Shown here in pieces: positions 1-8,276 of a DNA stretch of 64,000 nt. Below the pieces are notes generated by a model that had not been told where the DNA came from, ran no database searches, and worked only from the letters and a program-made list of their open reading frames with translations. The DNA lies in NCBI GenBank assembly GCA_947453965.1, contig CANGIQ010000001.1, forward strand, positions 52,060 through 116,059, read 5' to 3'. The position numbers and the translations under genes are program-made. Every line of letters starts with the position of its first letter. The stretch's first letter is position 1. This DNA is from Comamonadaceae bacterium (lineage in GTDB: Bacteria; Pseudomonadota; Gammaproteobacteria; Burkholderiales; Burkholderiaceae_C).

Positions 1-115
1 GGCTGTGGCCATCATGGGCGGACTGATCGTGGCAACCGTGCTGACGCTGTTGGCACTGCCCGCCATGTACGCGGCATGGTTTCGGGTGGAAAAGCCGTCT
101 AAAATGCGCGGTTGA
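1..115 (+). CDS. 3' end of an RND-type efflux permease (AcrB/CzcA-like); partial, start lies outside the window
   Basis: Frame 2 reads ...AVAIMGGLIVATVLTLLALPAMYAAWFRVEKPSKMRG, with a TGA stop at 113-115. A hydrophobic last TM helix plus a short basic tail is typical of RND permease C-termini. Confidence 0.5.
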   Translation, partial: AVAIMGGLIVATVLTLLALPAMYAAWFRVEKPSKMRG

Positions 116-169
116 CCGATTTCAAGCGGGTGGTCTTTTGGGACCGCCCGTTGTTGTTTTGAAAAACCC

Positions 170-256
170 GCGCGGGTGGCGAAATTGGTAGACGCACCAG
201 GTTTAGGTCCTGACGTCCGCAAGGATGTGCGGGTTCGAGTCCCGCCCCGCGCACCA
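170..256 (+). tRNA. tRNA-Leu (anticodon UAG)
   Basis: Acceptor stem GCGCGGG/CCCGCGC followed by ACCA. Anticodon loop TTTAGGT, long variable arm, and T-loop GGTTCGAGTCC. 87 nt. Confidence 0.9.
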
Positions 257-317
257 TATCTTTCTGACAGCACGTCTCAGAGACGGCTGTCGACCATGCC
301 AATTTAGGAGAAACCAC

Positions 318-1628
318 ATGGCTGTGACCGTTGAAACTTTGGAAAAACTGGAACGCAAGATCACCTTGACGTTGCCCGTCGATGTCATCGCGAAAGAGGT
401 GGACACTCGCCTCAAGCGCTTGGCTCGCCAAGTCAAAATTGACGGTTTCCGTCCAGGCAAAGTGCCCATGAACATCGTGGCCCAGCGCTACGGCTACTCC
501 ACCCACTACGAAGTCATGAACGACAAAGTGGGCGAGGCCTTTGCCGCTGCGACCAACGAAGCCAAGTTGCGTGTGGCCGGCCAGCCCGCGATCACCGAAA
601 AAGAAGGTGCGCCTGAAGGTCAAATGTCGTTTGACGCCGTGTTCGAGGTGTACCCCGAAGTCAAGCTGGGCGATTTGGCCAGCGTTGAAGTGGAAAAAGC
701 GTCGGCTGAAGTGACCGACGCGGCGATCGACAAAACCATCGAAATCTTGCGCAAGCAACGCCGTACCTTCGCTCAGCGCGGTTTGGACGGCGCAGCACAA
801 GACGGTGACCGTGTGACCATCGACTTCGAAGGCAAGATCGACGGCGAACCCTTCCAGGGCGGCAAAGCCGAAGCGTTCCAGTTCTTGCTGGGCGAAGGCC
901 AAATGCTCAAAGAATTTGAAGATGCTGTGCGCGGCATGAAGTCGGGCGAAAGCAAGACATTCCCCTTGAACTTCCCCGCTGACTACCACGGCAAAGACGT
1001 GGCCGGCAAGCAAGCTGACTTCTTGGTCACCTTGACCAAGGTCGAAGCCGCCCACATGCCTGAAGTGACGGACGAGTTGGCCAAGTCTTTGGGTGTGGCC
1101 GATGCCACTGTGGCAGGTTTGCGCGCTGACATCAAAAACAACCTCGAGCGCGAAGTGAAATTCCGCTTGTTGGGCCGCAACAAGCAAGCTGCGTTGGAAG
1201 CCCTGGTCAGCAAAGCTGAACTCGACTTGCCAAAAGCCAGCGTGCAAGCCGAAGTCGATCGCATGGTCGAAGGCGCACGTGCTGACTTGAAGGCCCGTGG
1301 CATCAAAGACGCCGACAAAGCACCGATTCCTGATGATGTGTTCCGCCCACAAGCTGAAAAGCGCGTGCGCATGGGCTTGGTGGTGGCTGACTTGGTTCGT
1401 GCCCACGAATTGCACGCCACCCCCGAGCAAATCAAAGCGCACATCGAAGAATTGGCTTCCAGCTACGAGAAGCCTGCTGAGGTGGTGCGTTGGTATTACA
1501 GTGACATGAGCCGTTTGGGCGAAGTTGAAGCCATCGTCATTGAAAACAACGTGACCGACTTCATCTTGTCTAAAGCGAAGGTTACTGCCAAGGCGGTATC
1601 GTTTGACGAATTGATGGGTCAAGCCTGA
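318..1628 (+). CDS. tig: trigger factor (436 aa)
   Basis: The ATG at 318 follows AGGAG. N-terminus [20 protein letters not shown]..., length, and the position upstream of clpP-clpX-lon all fit trigger factor. The track ORF start at 225 overlaps the tRNA and was trimmed. Confidence 0.93.
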   Translation: MAVTVETLEKLERKITLTLPVDVIAKEVDTRLKRLARQVKIDGFRPGKVPMNIVAQRYGYSTHYEVMNDKVGEAFAAATNEAKLRVAGQPAITEKEGAPEGQMSFDAVFEVYPEVKLGDLASVEVEKASAEVTDAAIDKTIEILRKQRRTFAQRGLDGAAQDGDRVTIDFEGKIDGEPFQGGKAEAFQFLLGEGQMLKEFEDAVRGMKSGESKTFPLNFPADYHGKDVAGKQADFLVTLTKVEAAHMPEVTDELAKSLGVADATVAGLRADIKNNLEREVKFRLLGRNKQAALEALVSKAELDLPKASVQAEVDRMVEGARADLKARGIKDADKAPIPDDVFRPQAEKRVRMGLVVADLVRAHELHATPEQIKAHIEELASSYEKPAEVVRWYYSDMSRLGEVEAIVIENNVTDFILSKAKVTAKAVSFDELMGQA

Positions 1629-1654
1629 CCTTTCTTCGTTCACAAGGAAACAAC

Positions 1655-2263
1655 ATGAGCGCACTGGAAACACAAGCCTTGGGCATGGTCCCCATGGTGA
1701 TCGAGCAGTCGGGCCGCGGCGAGCGGTCTTACGACATCTATTCACGTCTGCTCAAAGAGCGCGTGATCTTCTTGGTGGGCGAGGTGAATGACCAAACCGC
1801 CAATCTGGTGGTCGCTCAGTTGTTGTTCTTGGAAAGCGAGAACCCCGACAAGGACATTTCGCTCTACATCAACTCGCCCGGTGGTTCGGTGAGCGCTGGC
1901 ATGTCGATCTTTGACACCATGAACTTCATCAAGCCCGACGTGTCGACGCTGTGCATTGGCATGGCGGCCAGCATGGGTGCGTTTTTGCTGACGGCAGGCG
2001 AGAAGGGCAAGCGTTTCTCGCTGCCCAACTCCAAGGTCATGATCCACCAGCCTTTGGGCGGCGCCCGTGGCCAAGCGACGGAAATTGAAATTCACGCCCG
2101 TGAAATTTTGAAAACCCGTGACCAGCTCAACCGCATCTTGGCCGATCGCACGGGCCAGCCGCTCGAGAAAATCGAGCGCGACACCGAGCGTGATTACTAT
2201 TTGAGTGCAGATGAGTCGAAAGAGTACGGGTTGATTGATCAAGTGATCAGCAAGCGCGGTTAA
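1655..2263 (+). CDS. clpP: ATP-dependent Clp protease proteolytic subunit
   Basis: 202 aa. Contains [18 protein letters not shown] and the active-site Ser context GMAASMGAF. Conserved tig-clpP-clpX order. Confidence 0.96.
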   Translation: MSALETQALGMVPMVIEQSGRGERSYDIYSRLLKERVIFLVGEVNDQTANLVVAQLLFLESENPDKDISLYINSPGGSVSAGMSIFDTMNFIKPDVSTLCIGMAASMGAFLLTAGEKGKRFSLPNSKVMIHQPLGGARGQATEIEIHAREILKTRDQLNRILADRTGQPLEKIERDTERDYYLSADESKEYGLIDQVISKRG

Positions 2264-2292
2264 TATTCGAGGCATATCTTCTAAAGCATTTC

Positions 2293-3558
2293 ATGGCTGA
2301 TAAAAAAGGCGCTTCGAGCGAAAAAAACCTGTACTGCTCTTTCTGCGGCAAGAGTCAGCACGAGGTGAAAAAACTCATCGCAGGACCCTCGGTCTTTATT
2401 TGCGATGAATGCATTGACTTGTGCAACGAAATCATTCGTGACGAATTGCCTGAGGGCGATGCGGCGCAACTCACACGCAGCGACTTGCCCACGCCAGCCG
2501 AAATCAAGGCCAATCTCGACAACTACGTGATTGGCCAAGAACCCGCCAAGCGCGCCTTGTCGGTGGCGGTTTACAACCATTACAAACGGCTCAAGCACAA
2601 AGAAGGCGCCAAGAAGGATGATGTGGAGCTCTCCAAGAGCAACATCTTGCTGATTGGCCCCACCGGTTCAGGTAAGACCTTGCTGGCGCAAACCATGGCC
2701 CGCATGCTGAATGTGCCGTTTGTCATGGCCGATGCCACCACCTTGACCGAAGCCGGTTATGTGGGCGAAGACGTTGAAAACATCATTCAAAAGTTGCTGC
2801 AAAGCTGCGAATACGATGTCGAGCGCGCACAACGCGGCATTGTCTACATCGATGAAATCGACAAAATTTCGCGCAAGTCTGACAACCCTTCCATCACACG
2901 TGATGTGTCGGGCGAGGGCGTGCAACAAGCCTTGCTCAAGCTGATCGAAGGCACGATGGCCAGCATCCCGCCCCAAGGTGGCCGCAAACATCCGAACCAA
3001 GACTTCTTGCAAGTCGACACCACGAACATCTTGTTCATCTGTGGTGGCGCATTTGCGGGCTTGGAAAAAGTGATTGAAGCCAGAACCGAGGCCTCGGGCA
3101 TTGGCTTTGGCGCCACCGTCAAGAGCAAGCAAAACCGCAGCCTGACCGAAGTGTTTGGCGAGGTGGAGCCACAAGACATCATCAAATTTGGCCTGATTCC
3201 TGAGCTGGTGGGTCGCATGCCTGTGGTGGCGACCTTGGCTGAATTGACCGAAGACACCTTGGTGCAAATCTTGACCGAGCCTAAGAACGCGTTGGTCAAG
3301 CAATATGGCAAACTGCTGGCGATGGAAGGTGCTGAGCTTGAGATTCGCCCCGACGCCCTGCGCGCTATTGCCAAAAAAGCCTTGGCACGTAAAACAGGTG
3401 CACGTGGTTTGCGATCTATCCTTGAACAATCGCTGATCGACACCATGTTTGAGTTACCCAACGCGAGCAATGTTGAAAAAGTAGTGTTGGAAGCAGCCAC
3501 GATTGACGAAAACAAACCCCCCTTGTTGGTGTACCGAGAGGCCGCCAAGAAGGCTTGA
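2293..3558 (+). CDS. clpX: ATP-dependent Clp protease ATP-binding subunit ClpX
   Basis: 421 aa. N-terminal zinc-binding CSFCGK...CDEC and Walker A GPTGSGKT. Confidence 0.97.
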   Translation: MADKKGASSEKNLYCSFCGKSQHEVKKLIAGPSVFICDECIDLCNEIIRDELPEGDAAQLTRSDLPTPAEIKANLDNYVIGQEPAKRALSVAVYNHYKRLKHKEGAKKDDVELSKSNILLIGPTGSGKTLLAQTMARMLNVPFVMADATTLTEAGYVGEDVENIIQKLLQSCEYDVERAQRGIVYIDEIDKISRKSDNPSITRDVSGEGVQQALLKLIEGTMASIPPQGGRKHPNQDFLQVDTTNILFICGGAFAGLEKVIEARTEASGIGFGATVKSKQNRSLTEVFGEVEPQDIIKFGLIPELVGRMPVVATLAELTEDTLVQILTEPKNALVKQYGKLLAMEGAELEIRPDALRAIAKKALARKTGARGLRSILEQSLIDTMFELPNASNVEKVVLEAATIDENKPPLLVYREAAKKA

Positions 3559-3569
3559 TGATTGATCTC

Positions 3570-3598
3570 GGGGACGGCGACAACGCTGTCCCTTTTTT
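3570..3598 (+). terminator. weak stem-loop plus T-run between clpX and lon (possible attenuator)
   Basis: GGGAC-N12-GTCCC followed by TTTTTT. The stem is short, so confidence is low. Confidence 0.35.
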
Positions 3599-3613
3599 AC
3601 TGGAAGGCTGACC

Positions 3614-6028
3614 ATGTCTGGACAACCACCGTTACCCGCTACCCCGATCGAGCTGCCGCTCTTGCCTTTGCGCGATGTGGTGGTGTTCCCCCACATGGTC
3701 ATCCCCTTGTTTGTGGGGCGCCCCAAGAGCATCAAAGCGCTTGAAGCGGCGATGGCCGATGAGCGCCGCATCATGTTGGTGGCACAAAAAGCCGCGGCCA
3801 AAGATGAGCCTGCGGTCACCGACATGTTCGAGGTTGGCTGTGTGTCGACGATTTTGCAAATGCTCAAGTTGCCTGACGGCACCGTCAAGGTGTTGGTGGA
3901 AGGGCAACAACGCGCCAAAGTCGATGGCATCGAAGATGGTGAATCACATTTCACCGCCCATGTCACGCCCATCGAAGTCGCCCCTGCTGAAGTGGGCAGC
4001 GAGGTCGAGGCTTTGCGTCGCGCGGTGATGCAGCAGTTTGACCAGTACGTCAAACTGAACAAGAAAATTCCACCCGAAATCTTGACCTCCATTGCCAGCA
4101 TTGATGACCCCGGCCGTCTGGCGGACACCATTGCCGCGCACTTGCCGCTCAAGTTGGAGAACAAACAAGTTGTGCTCGATTTGTCCCCAGTGCGGGACCG
4201 TTTGGAAAACTTGTACGAGCAGTTGGAGCGCGAAGTCGACATCTTGAACGTCGATAAAAAAATCCGTGGTCGCGTCAAGCGCCAAATGGAAAAGAACCAA
4301 CGCGATTTCTACTTGAACGAGCAAGTCAAAGCGATTCAAAAAGAACTCGGCGAAGGCGAAGAGGGCGCAGACATTGAAGAGATCGAGAAAAAGATCAAGT
4401 CTGCCCGCATGCCCCAAGAGGCACGCAAAAAAGCCGACGCCGAGCTGAAAAAGCTCAAGCTCATGTCGCCCATGTCGGCTGAAGCAACCGTGGTGCGCAA
4501 CTACATCGATGTGTTGGTTCGATTGCCATGGAGCAAGAAAACCAAAATCAAACACGATTTAGGCAATGCCGAAAACGTGTTGAACGAAGACCACTACGGT
4601 TTGGACAAAGTCAAAGACCGCATCTTGGAATACCTCGCGGTGCAACAGCGCGTGGACAAGGTCAAAGCACCCATCTTGTGTTTGGTGGGCCCTCCAGGCG
4701 TGGGTAAAACTTCGCTCGGCCAATCGATTGCCAAAGCCACGGGCCGCAAGTACGTGCGCATGGCCTTGGGTGGCATGCGTGACGAGGCCGAGATTCGTGG
4801 CCATCGCCGCACATACATTGGTGCCATGCCGGGCAAAGTGTTGCAGAGCTTGACCAAGGTCGGCACGCGCAACCCCTTGTTTTTGTTGGACGAAATCGAC
4901 AAGCTCGGCACGGATTTTCGTGGTGATCCTTCCAGCGCTTTGCTCGAGGTGTTGGACCCCGAACAAAACAACAAGTTTGGCGACCACTATGTGGAGGTCG
5001 ATTACGACTTAAGCGATGTGATGTTTGTGGCCACCTCCAACTCCATGAACATTCCGCCTGCGCTGTTGGACCGCATGGAAGTGATTCGCTTGTCGGGCTA
5101 CACCGAAGACGAAAAAACCCACATCGCCGTGAAGTACCTGCTGCCCAAGCAGATGAAGAACAACGGTGTGAAAGAGTCTGAGTTGGCGGTGGAAGAGTCT
5201 GCCGTTCGCGACATCGTGCGTTACTACACCCGTGAAGCGGGTGTGCGTTCGCTGGAGCGTGAACTGTCCAAAATTTGCCGCAAGGTGGTGAAGGCTTTGT
5301 TGCTCAAGCAAATGCAAGCGCAAGTCAAAGTCACGGCCGATAACTTGCCTGACTTCTTGGGCGTGCGCAAATACAGCTATGGCCGTGCCGAAGCACAAAA
5401 CCAAGTGGGTCAAGTGGTCGGTCTGGCATGGACCGAGGTGGGCGGCGATTTGCTGACCATTGAGGCCGCCATCATGATTGGCAAAGGCACCATCACACGT
5501 ACCGGTTCTTTGGGCGATGTGATGAAAGAATCGGTCGAAGCCGCACGCACGGTGGTGCGCAGTCGTTCACGTCATTTGGGCATTTCCGAGGAATTGCTCG
5601 AAAAGCGTGACATTCACATCCACGTGCCCGATGGCGCGACACCCAAGGATGGTCCTAGCGCTGGCGCGGCCATGACCACCGCCTTGGTGTCTGCACTCAC
5701 GGGCATTCCTGTGCGGGCCGATGTGGCGATGACGGGTGAGATCACCTTGCGCGGCGAAGTCACGGCCATTGGTGGCTTGAAAGAAAAGCTGCTGGCCGCT
5801 TTGCGTGGCGGCATCAAAACCGTGCTGATCCCAGAAGAGAACGTCAAAGATTTGCAAGAGATTCCAGAAAACGTGAAAAACGGTTTGGAAATCGTGCCGG
5901 TCAAATGGATCGACAAAGTGCTTGAAATTGCGTTGGAAAAAATGCCAACGCCTTTGCCAGAAGATGTGCCTGTGGTGGCCAACCCCACCACAGAATCTGC
6001 GGTGAAAGCCGAGGCGATCAAGCACTGA
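3614..6028 (+). CDS. lon: endopeptidase La (Lon protease)
   Basis: 804 aa. Walker A GPPGVGKTS, catalytic-Ser context PKDGPSAG, and an N-terminal LON substrate-binding region. Confidence 0.97.
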   Translation: MSGQPPLPATPIELPLLPLRDVVVFPHMVIPLFVGRPKSIKALEAAMADERRIMLVAQKAAAKDEPAVTDMFEVGCVSTILQMLKLPDGTVKVLVEGQQRAKVDGIEDGESHFTAHVTPIEVAPAEVGSEVEALRRAVMQQFDQYVKLNKKIPPEILTSIASIDDPGRLADTIAAHLPLKLENKQVVLDLSPVRDRLENLYEQLEREVDILNVDKKIRGRVKRQMEKNQRDFYLNEQVKAIQKELGEGEEGADIEEIEKKIKSARMPQEARKKADAELKKLKLMSPMSAEATVVRNYIDVLVRLPWSKKTKIKHDLGNAENVLNEDHYGLDKVKDRILEYLAVQQRVDKVKAPILCLVGPPGVGKTSLGQSIAKATGRKYVRMALGGMRDEAEIRGHRRTYIGAMPGKVLQSLTKVGTRNPLFLLDEIDKLGTDFRGDPSSALLEVLDPEQNNKFGDHYVEVDYDLSDVMFVATSNSMNIPPALLDRMEVIRLSGYTEDEKTHIAVKYLLPKQMKNNGVKESELAVEESAVRDIVRYYTREAGVRSLERELSKICRKVVKALLLKQMQAQVKVTADNLPDFLGVRKYSYGRAEAQNQVGQVVGLAWTEVGGDLLTIEAAIMIGKGTITRTGSLGDVMKESVEAARTVVRSRSRHLGISEELLEKRDIHIHVPDGATPKDGPSAGAAMTTALVSALTGIPVRADVAMTGEITLRGEVTAIGGLKEKLLAALRGGIKTVLIPEENVKDLQEIPENVKNGLEIVPVKWIDKVLEIALEKMPTPLPEDVPVVANPTTESAVKAEAIKH

Positions 6029-6086
6029 GTTTTTTCTGGCGCATCTGCTGCAGAGCAGAAAAAATGCGCTAGAATATGTTTCTCAT

Positions 6087-6162
6087 GCGGGAATAGCTCA
6101 GTTGGTAGAGCGCAACCTTGCCAAGGTTGAGGTCGCGAGTTCGAGCCTCGTTTCCCGCTCCA
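6087..6162 (+). tRNA. tRNA-Gly (anticodon GCC), copy 1
   Basis: GCGGGAA...TTCCCGC acceptor stem plus TCCA, anticodon loop TTGCCAA, 76 nt. A TAGAAT hexamer lies at 6071-6076, 10 nt upstream (possible -10). Confidence 0.95.
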
Positions 6163-6172
6163 AATTCGACAA

Positions 6173-6195
6173 GGGAAGCTCCAGCTTCCCTTTTT
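6173..6195 (+). terminator. rho-independent terminator-like hairpin after tRNA-Gly
   Basis: GGGAAG-CTCCAG-CTTCCC followed by TTTTT. Confidence 0.55.
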
Positions 6196-6208
6196 CGTCA
6201 AAGCCGAT

Positions 6209-6282
6209 GGCGCGATAGCAAAGCGGTTATGCAGCGGATTGCAAATTCGTCCAGCCCAGTTCGACTCTGGGTCGCGCCTCCA
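6209..6282 (+). tRNA. tRNA-Cys (anticodon GCA)
   Basis: GGCGCGA.../...TCGCGCC acceptor stem plus TCCA, anticodon loop with GCA (gattGCAaatc), 74 nt. Confidence 0.93.
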
Positions 6283-6290
6283 AATCAAAA

Positions 6291-6317
6291 GCCACTGTGT
6301 TTCACAGTGGCTTTTTT
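6291..6317 (+). terminator. rho-independent terminator after tRNA-Cys
   Basis: GCCACTGTG-ttt-CACAGTGGC (9-bp perfect stem) followed by TTTTTT. Confidence 0.8.
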
Positions 6318-6323
6318 GCCTGA

Positions 6324-8276
6324 TTGATTGTGCTTTCATCCCAAGTCAAGGTTGCTGATCGCGCCACCACGCCAGCTGCCATCCGTGTGTTGAGCCTCAT
6401 CCCGCCGATGACTCAGCTCAACACGCCTTACCCATCGACGGCGTATCTGACGGGGTTTTTGCGTTCCCACCAAGTCGATGCGGTGCAAGAAGACTTGGCT
6501 TTGGCCCTGGTGTTGGCCTTGTTCACGCCCGAGGGTTTGGCGCAAGTGCGTGATTGCGCTTTGGCACTGCCTGACGCCGAGCGTTCGGCGTGTGTGAATT
6601 ATTTTTTAGATTACTTCTCGCGTTACCAAACCACCATTGCGCCCACCATTGCCTTTTTGCAGGGGCGTGATTCCACCTTAAGCCATCGCATCGCCGGGCG
6701 TGGCCTCTTGCCTGAAGGCCCGCGCTTTGCTGCGCTGGATGTTTACGATGACGAGGGCAGTGGCGACCCGTTAGCCTGGGCGTTTGGTGCCCTGGGTCAG
6801 CAAGACCGGGCGCGCCATTTGGCCACCTTGTATTTGAACGATTTGGCCGATGTGCTGCGTGATGCGGTGGATTCGCGCTTTGAGTTTGTGCGTTATGCCG
6901 AATCACTGGCGGGAAGCCAAGCCACGTTTGAGCCCTTGGCCCAGGCCTTGGCGGCACCGCCGAGCTTGGTGGACGAGACGCTGCGTCAACTTACCCTGCA
7001 GGCGCTTGCCAAGCATCAGCCGCAGATGGTGCTGTTGTCCGTGCCTTTCCCGGGGGCGGTGTATGCAGCGTTTCGAATGGCGCAAACCATCAAAGCCCAA
7101 GACCCCAGCATTCGCATTGTGCTGGGCGGTGGCTTTGTGAACACCGAGTTGCGTGAGCTCACCGAGCCACGGGTGTTTGACTACGTGGACTTCGTCACCC
7201 TGGATGCCGGTGAGCGCCCCTTGTTGGCCTTGCTCGAACATCTGCAAGGCCAACGCAGCGTGCAGCGTTTAGTGCGCACGTTTGTGCGCAACTCAGAAGG
7301 CCAGGTGCGCTTGATGAACTGGGCCGAACCCGATGTGCCGTTTGAAGACGTAGGTACACCCACCTGGGATGGCTTGCCCTTAGACCGTTATCTGTCGCTG
7401 CTCGACATGCTCAACCCCATGCACCGTTTGTGGAGCGATGGGCGCTGGAACAAGCTCACCGTGGCGCACGGGTGCTATTGGAAAAAATGCAGCTTTTGCG
7501 ATGTGAGCCTGGACTACATCTCCCGCTACGAAACAGCCTCTGCCGTGACTTTGGTCGATCGCATGGAACGCATCGTGGCGGAGACCGGTCAAACCGGTTT
7601 TCATTTTGTCGACGAAGCGGCGCCACCCAAAGCCCTCAAGGCTTTGGCGGAAGAAATTTTGCGCCGCCAACTCCATGTGTCTTGGTGGGGCAATATTCGG
7701 TTTGAAAAAACCTTCACACCGGAGCTGGCCGAGTTGCTGGCCGAGAGCGGTTGCATCGCCATGTCGGGCGGCCTGGAAGTCGCATCGGATCGTCTGCTTG
7801 GATTGATGAAAAAAGGCGTCTCGGTGGAGCAAGTGGCACGTGTGACCAAAGGCTTTTCGGATGCCGGCATTCTTGTGCACGCTTACTTGATGTACGGCTT
7901 TCCAACCCAAACCGTGCAAGACACGGTCGATGCTTTGGAGTATGTGCGTCAGCTGTTTGAAAACGGCTGCATTCAAAGCGGGTTTTTCCATCGCTTTGCC
8001 TGCACCGTGCATTCCCCTGTGGGCAAAGACCCTCAAGCCTACGGCATTGAACTGGTGCCCTTGCCAGAGGTGAGTTTTGCCAAAAACGACATCGGTTTCA
8101 TCGATCCCACCGGCACCGACCATGACAGCTTAGGGCGTGGCCTGAAGAAAGCTATTTACAACTTCATGCATGGCGTGGGTCTGGAAGAGGATGTGCGCCA
8201 GTGGTTTCAATTGCCCAAAGGCCAATGCCCTAAGCCAACGGTGGGGCGGCACCGGATCGCCAAGGCGCTGGGCTGA
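6324..8276 (+). CDS. large B12-binding-domain-type radical SAM protein, function unknown
   Basis: 650-aa ORF. N-terminal segment RVLSLIPP...YPSTAYLTGFL resembles the start of cobalamin-binding radical SAM enzymes. Cys cluster GCYWKKCSFCD at about 7474-7500. The start is uncertain: TTG 6324, GTG 6330 and GTG 6387 are possible and none has a strong SD. Confidence 0.7.
   Translation: MIVLSSQVKVADRATTPAAIRVLSLIPPMTQLNTPYPSTAYLTGFLRSHQVDAVQEDLALALVLALFTPEGLAQVRDCALALPDAERSACVNYFLDYFSRYQTTIAPTIAFLQGRDSTLSHRIAGRGLLPEGPRFAALDVYDDEGSGDPLAWAFGALGQQDRARHLATLYLNDLADVLRDAVDSRFEFVRYAESLAGSQATFEPLAQALAAPPSLVDETLRQLTLQALAKHQPQMVLLSVPFPGAVYAAFRMAQTIKAQDPSIRIVLGGGFVNTELRELTEPRVFDYVDFVTLDAGERPLLALLEHLQGQRSVQRLVRTFVRNSEGQVRLMNWAEPDVPFEDVGTPTWDGLPLDRYLSLLDMLNPMHRLWSDGRWNKLTVAHGCYWKKCSFCDVSLDYISRYETASAVTLVDRMERIVAETGQTGFHFVDEAAPPKALKALAEEILRRQLHVSWWGNIRFEKTFTPELAELLAESGCIAMSGGLEVASDRLLGLMKKGVSVEQVARVTKGFSDAGILVHAYLMYGFPTQTVQDTVDALEYVRQLFENGCIQSGFFHRFACTVHSPVGKDPQAYGIELVPLPEVSFAKNDIGFIDPTGTDHDSLGRGLKKAIYNFMHGVGLEEDVRQWFQLPKGQCPKPTVGRHRIAKALG

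Noticed and set aside
225-317. Longest-ORF N-terminal extensions of many genes: tig 225, PrpD 14566, fumA 19870, Bug 24658/58487/60833, matB 25566, cphA 30304, cphA-prime 32496, ABC 32426, eptA 37152, beta-CASP 38606, and the catabolic operon genes.
   Set aside because: The extensions overlap upstream genes, tRNAs or terminators and have Arg/Pro/Cys-rich junk composition. Internal ATGs with an RBS and family-typical N-termini or signal peptides were used instead.
99-1745. Very long antisense ORFs throughout the track. Examples: 99-1745 minus, 19109-20317 plus, 20341-21543 minus, 28190-29773 plus, 32705-34501 minus, 38686-39705 plus, 40243-41742 plus, 41904-43433 plus, 55603-56511 minus.
   Set aside because: Each lies opposite a confidently identified conserved gene (tig, fumA, ilvD, cphA, the ABC exporter, dnaJ, dnaK, grpE/FKBP/MarR, the amidohydrolase). 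Their translations are Arg/Gly/His/Ala-rich low-information sequence typical of shadow ORFs in high-GC DNA.
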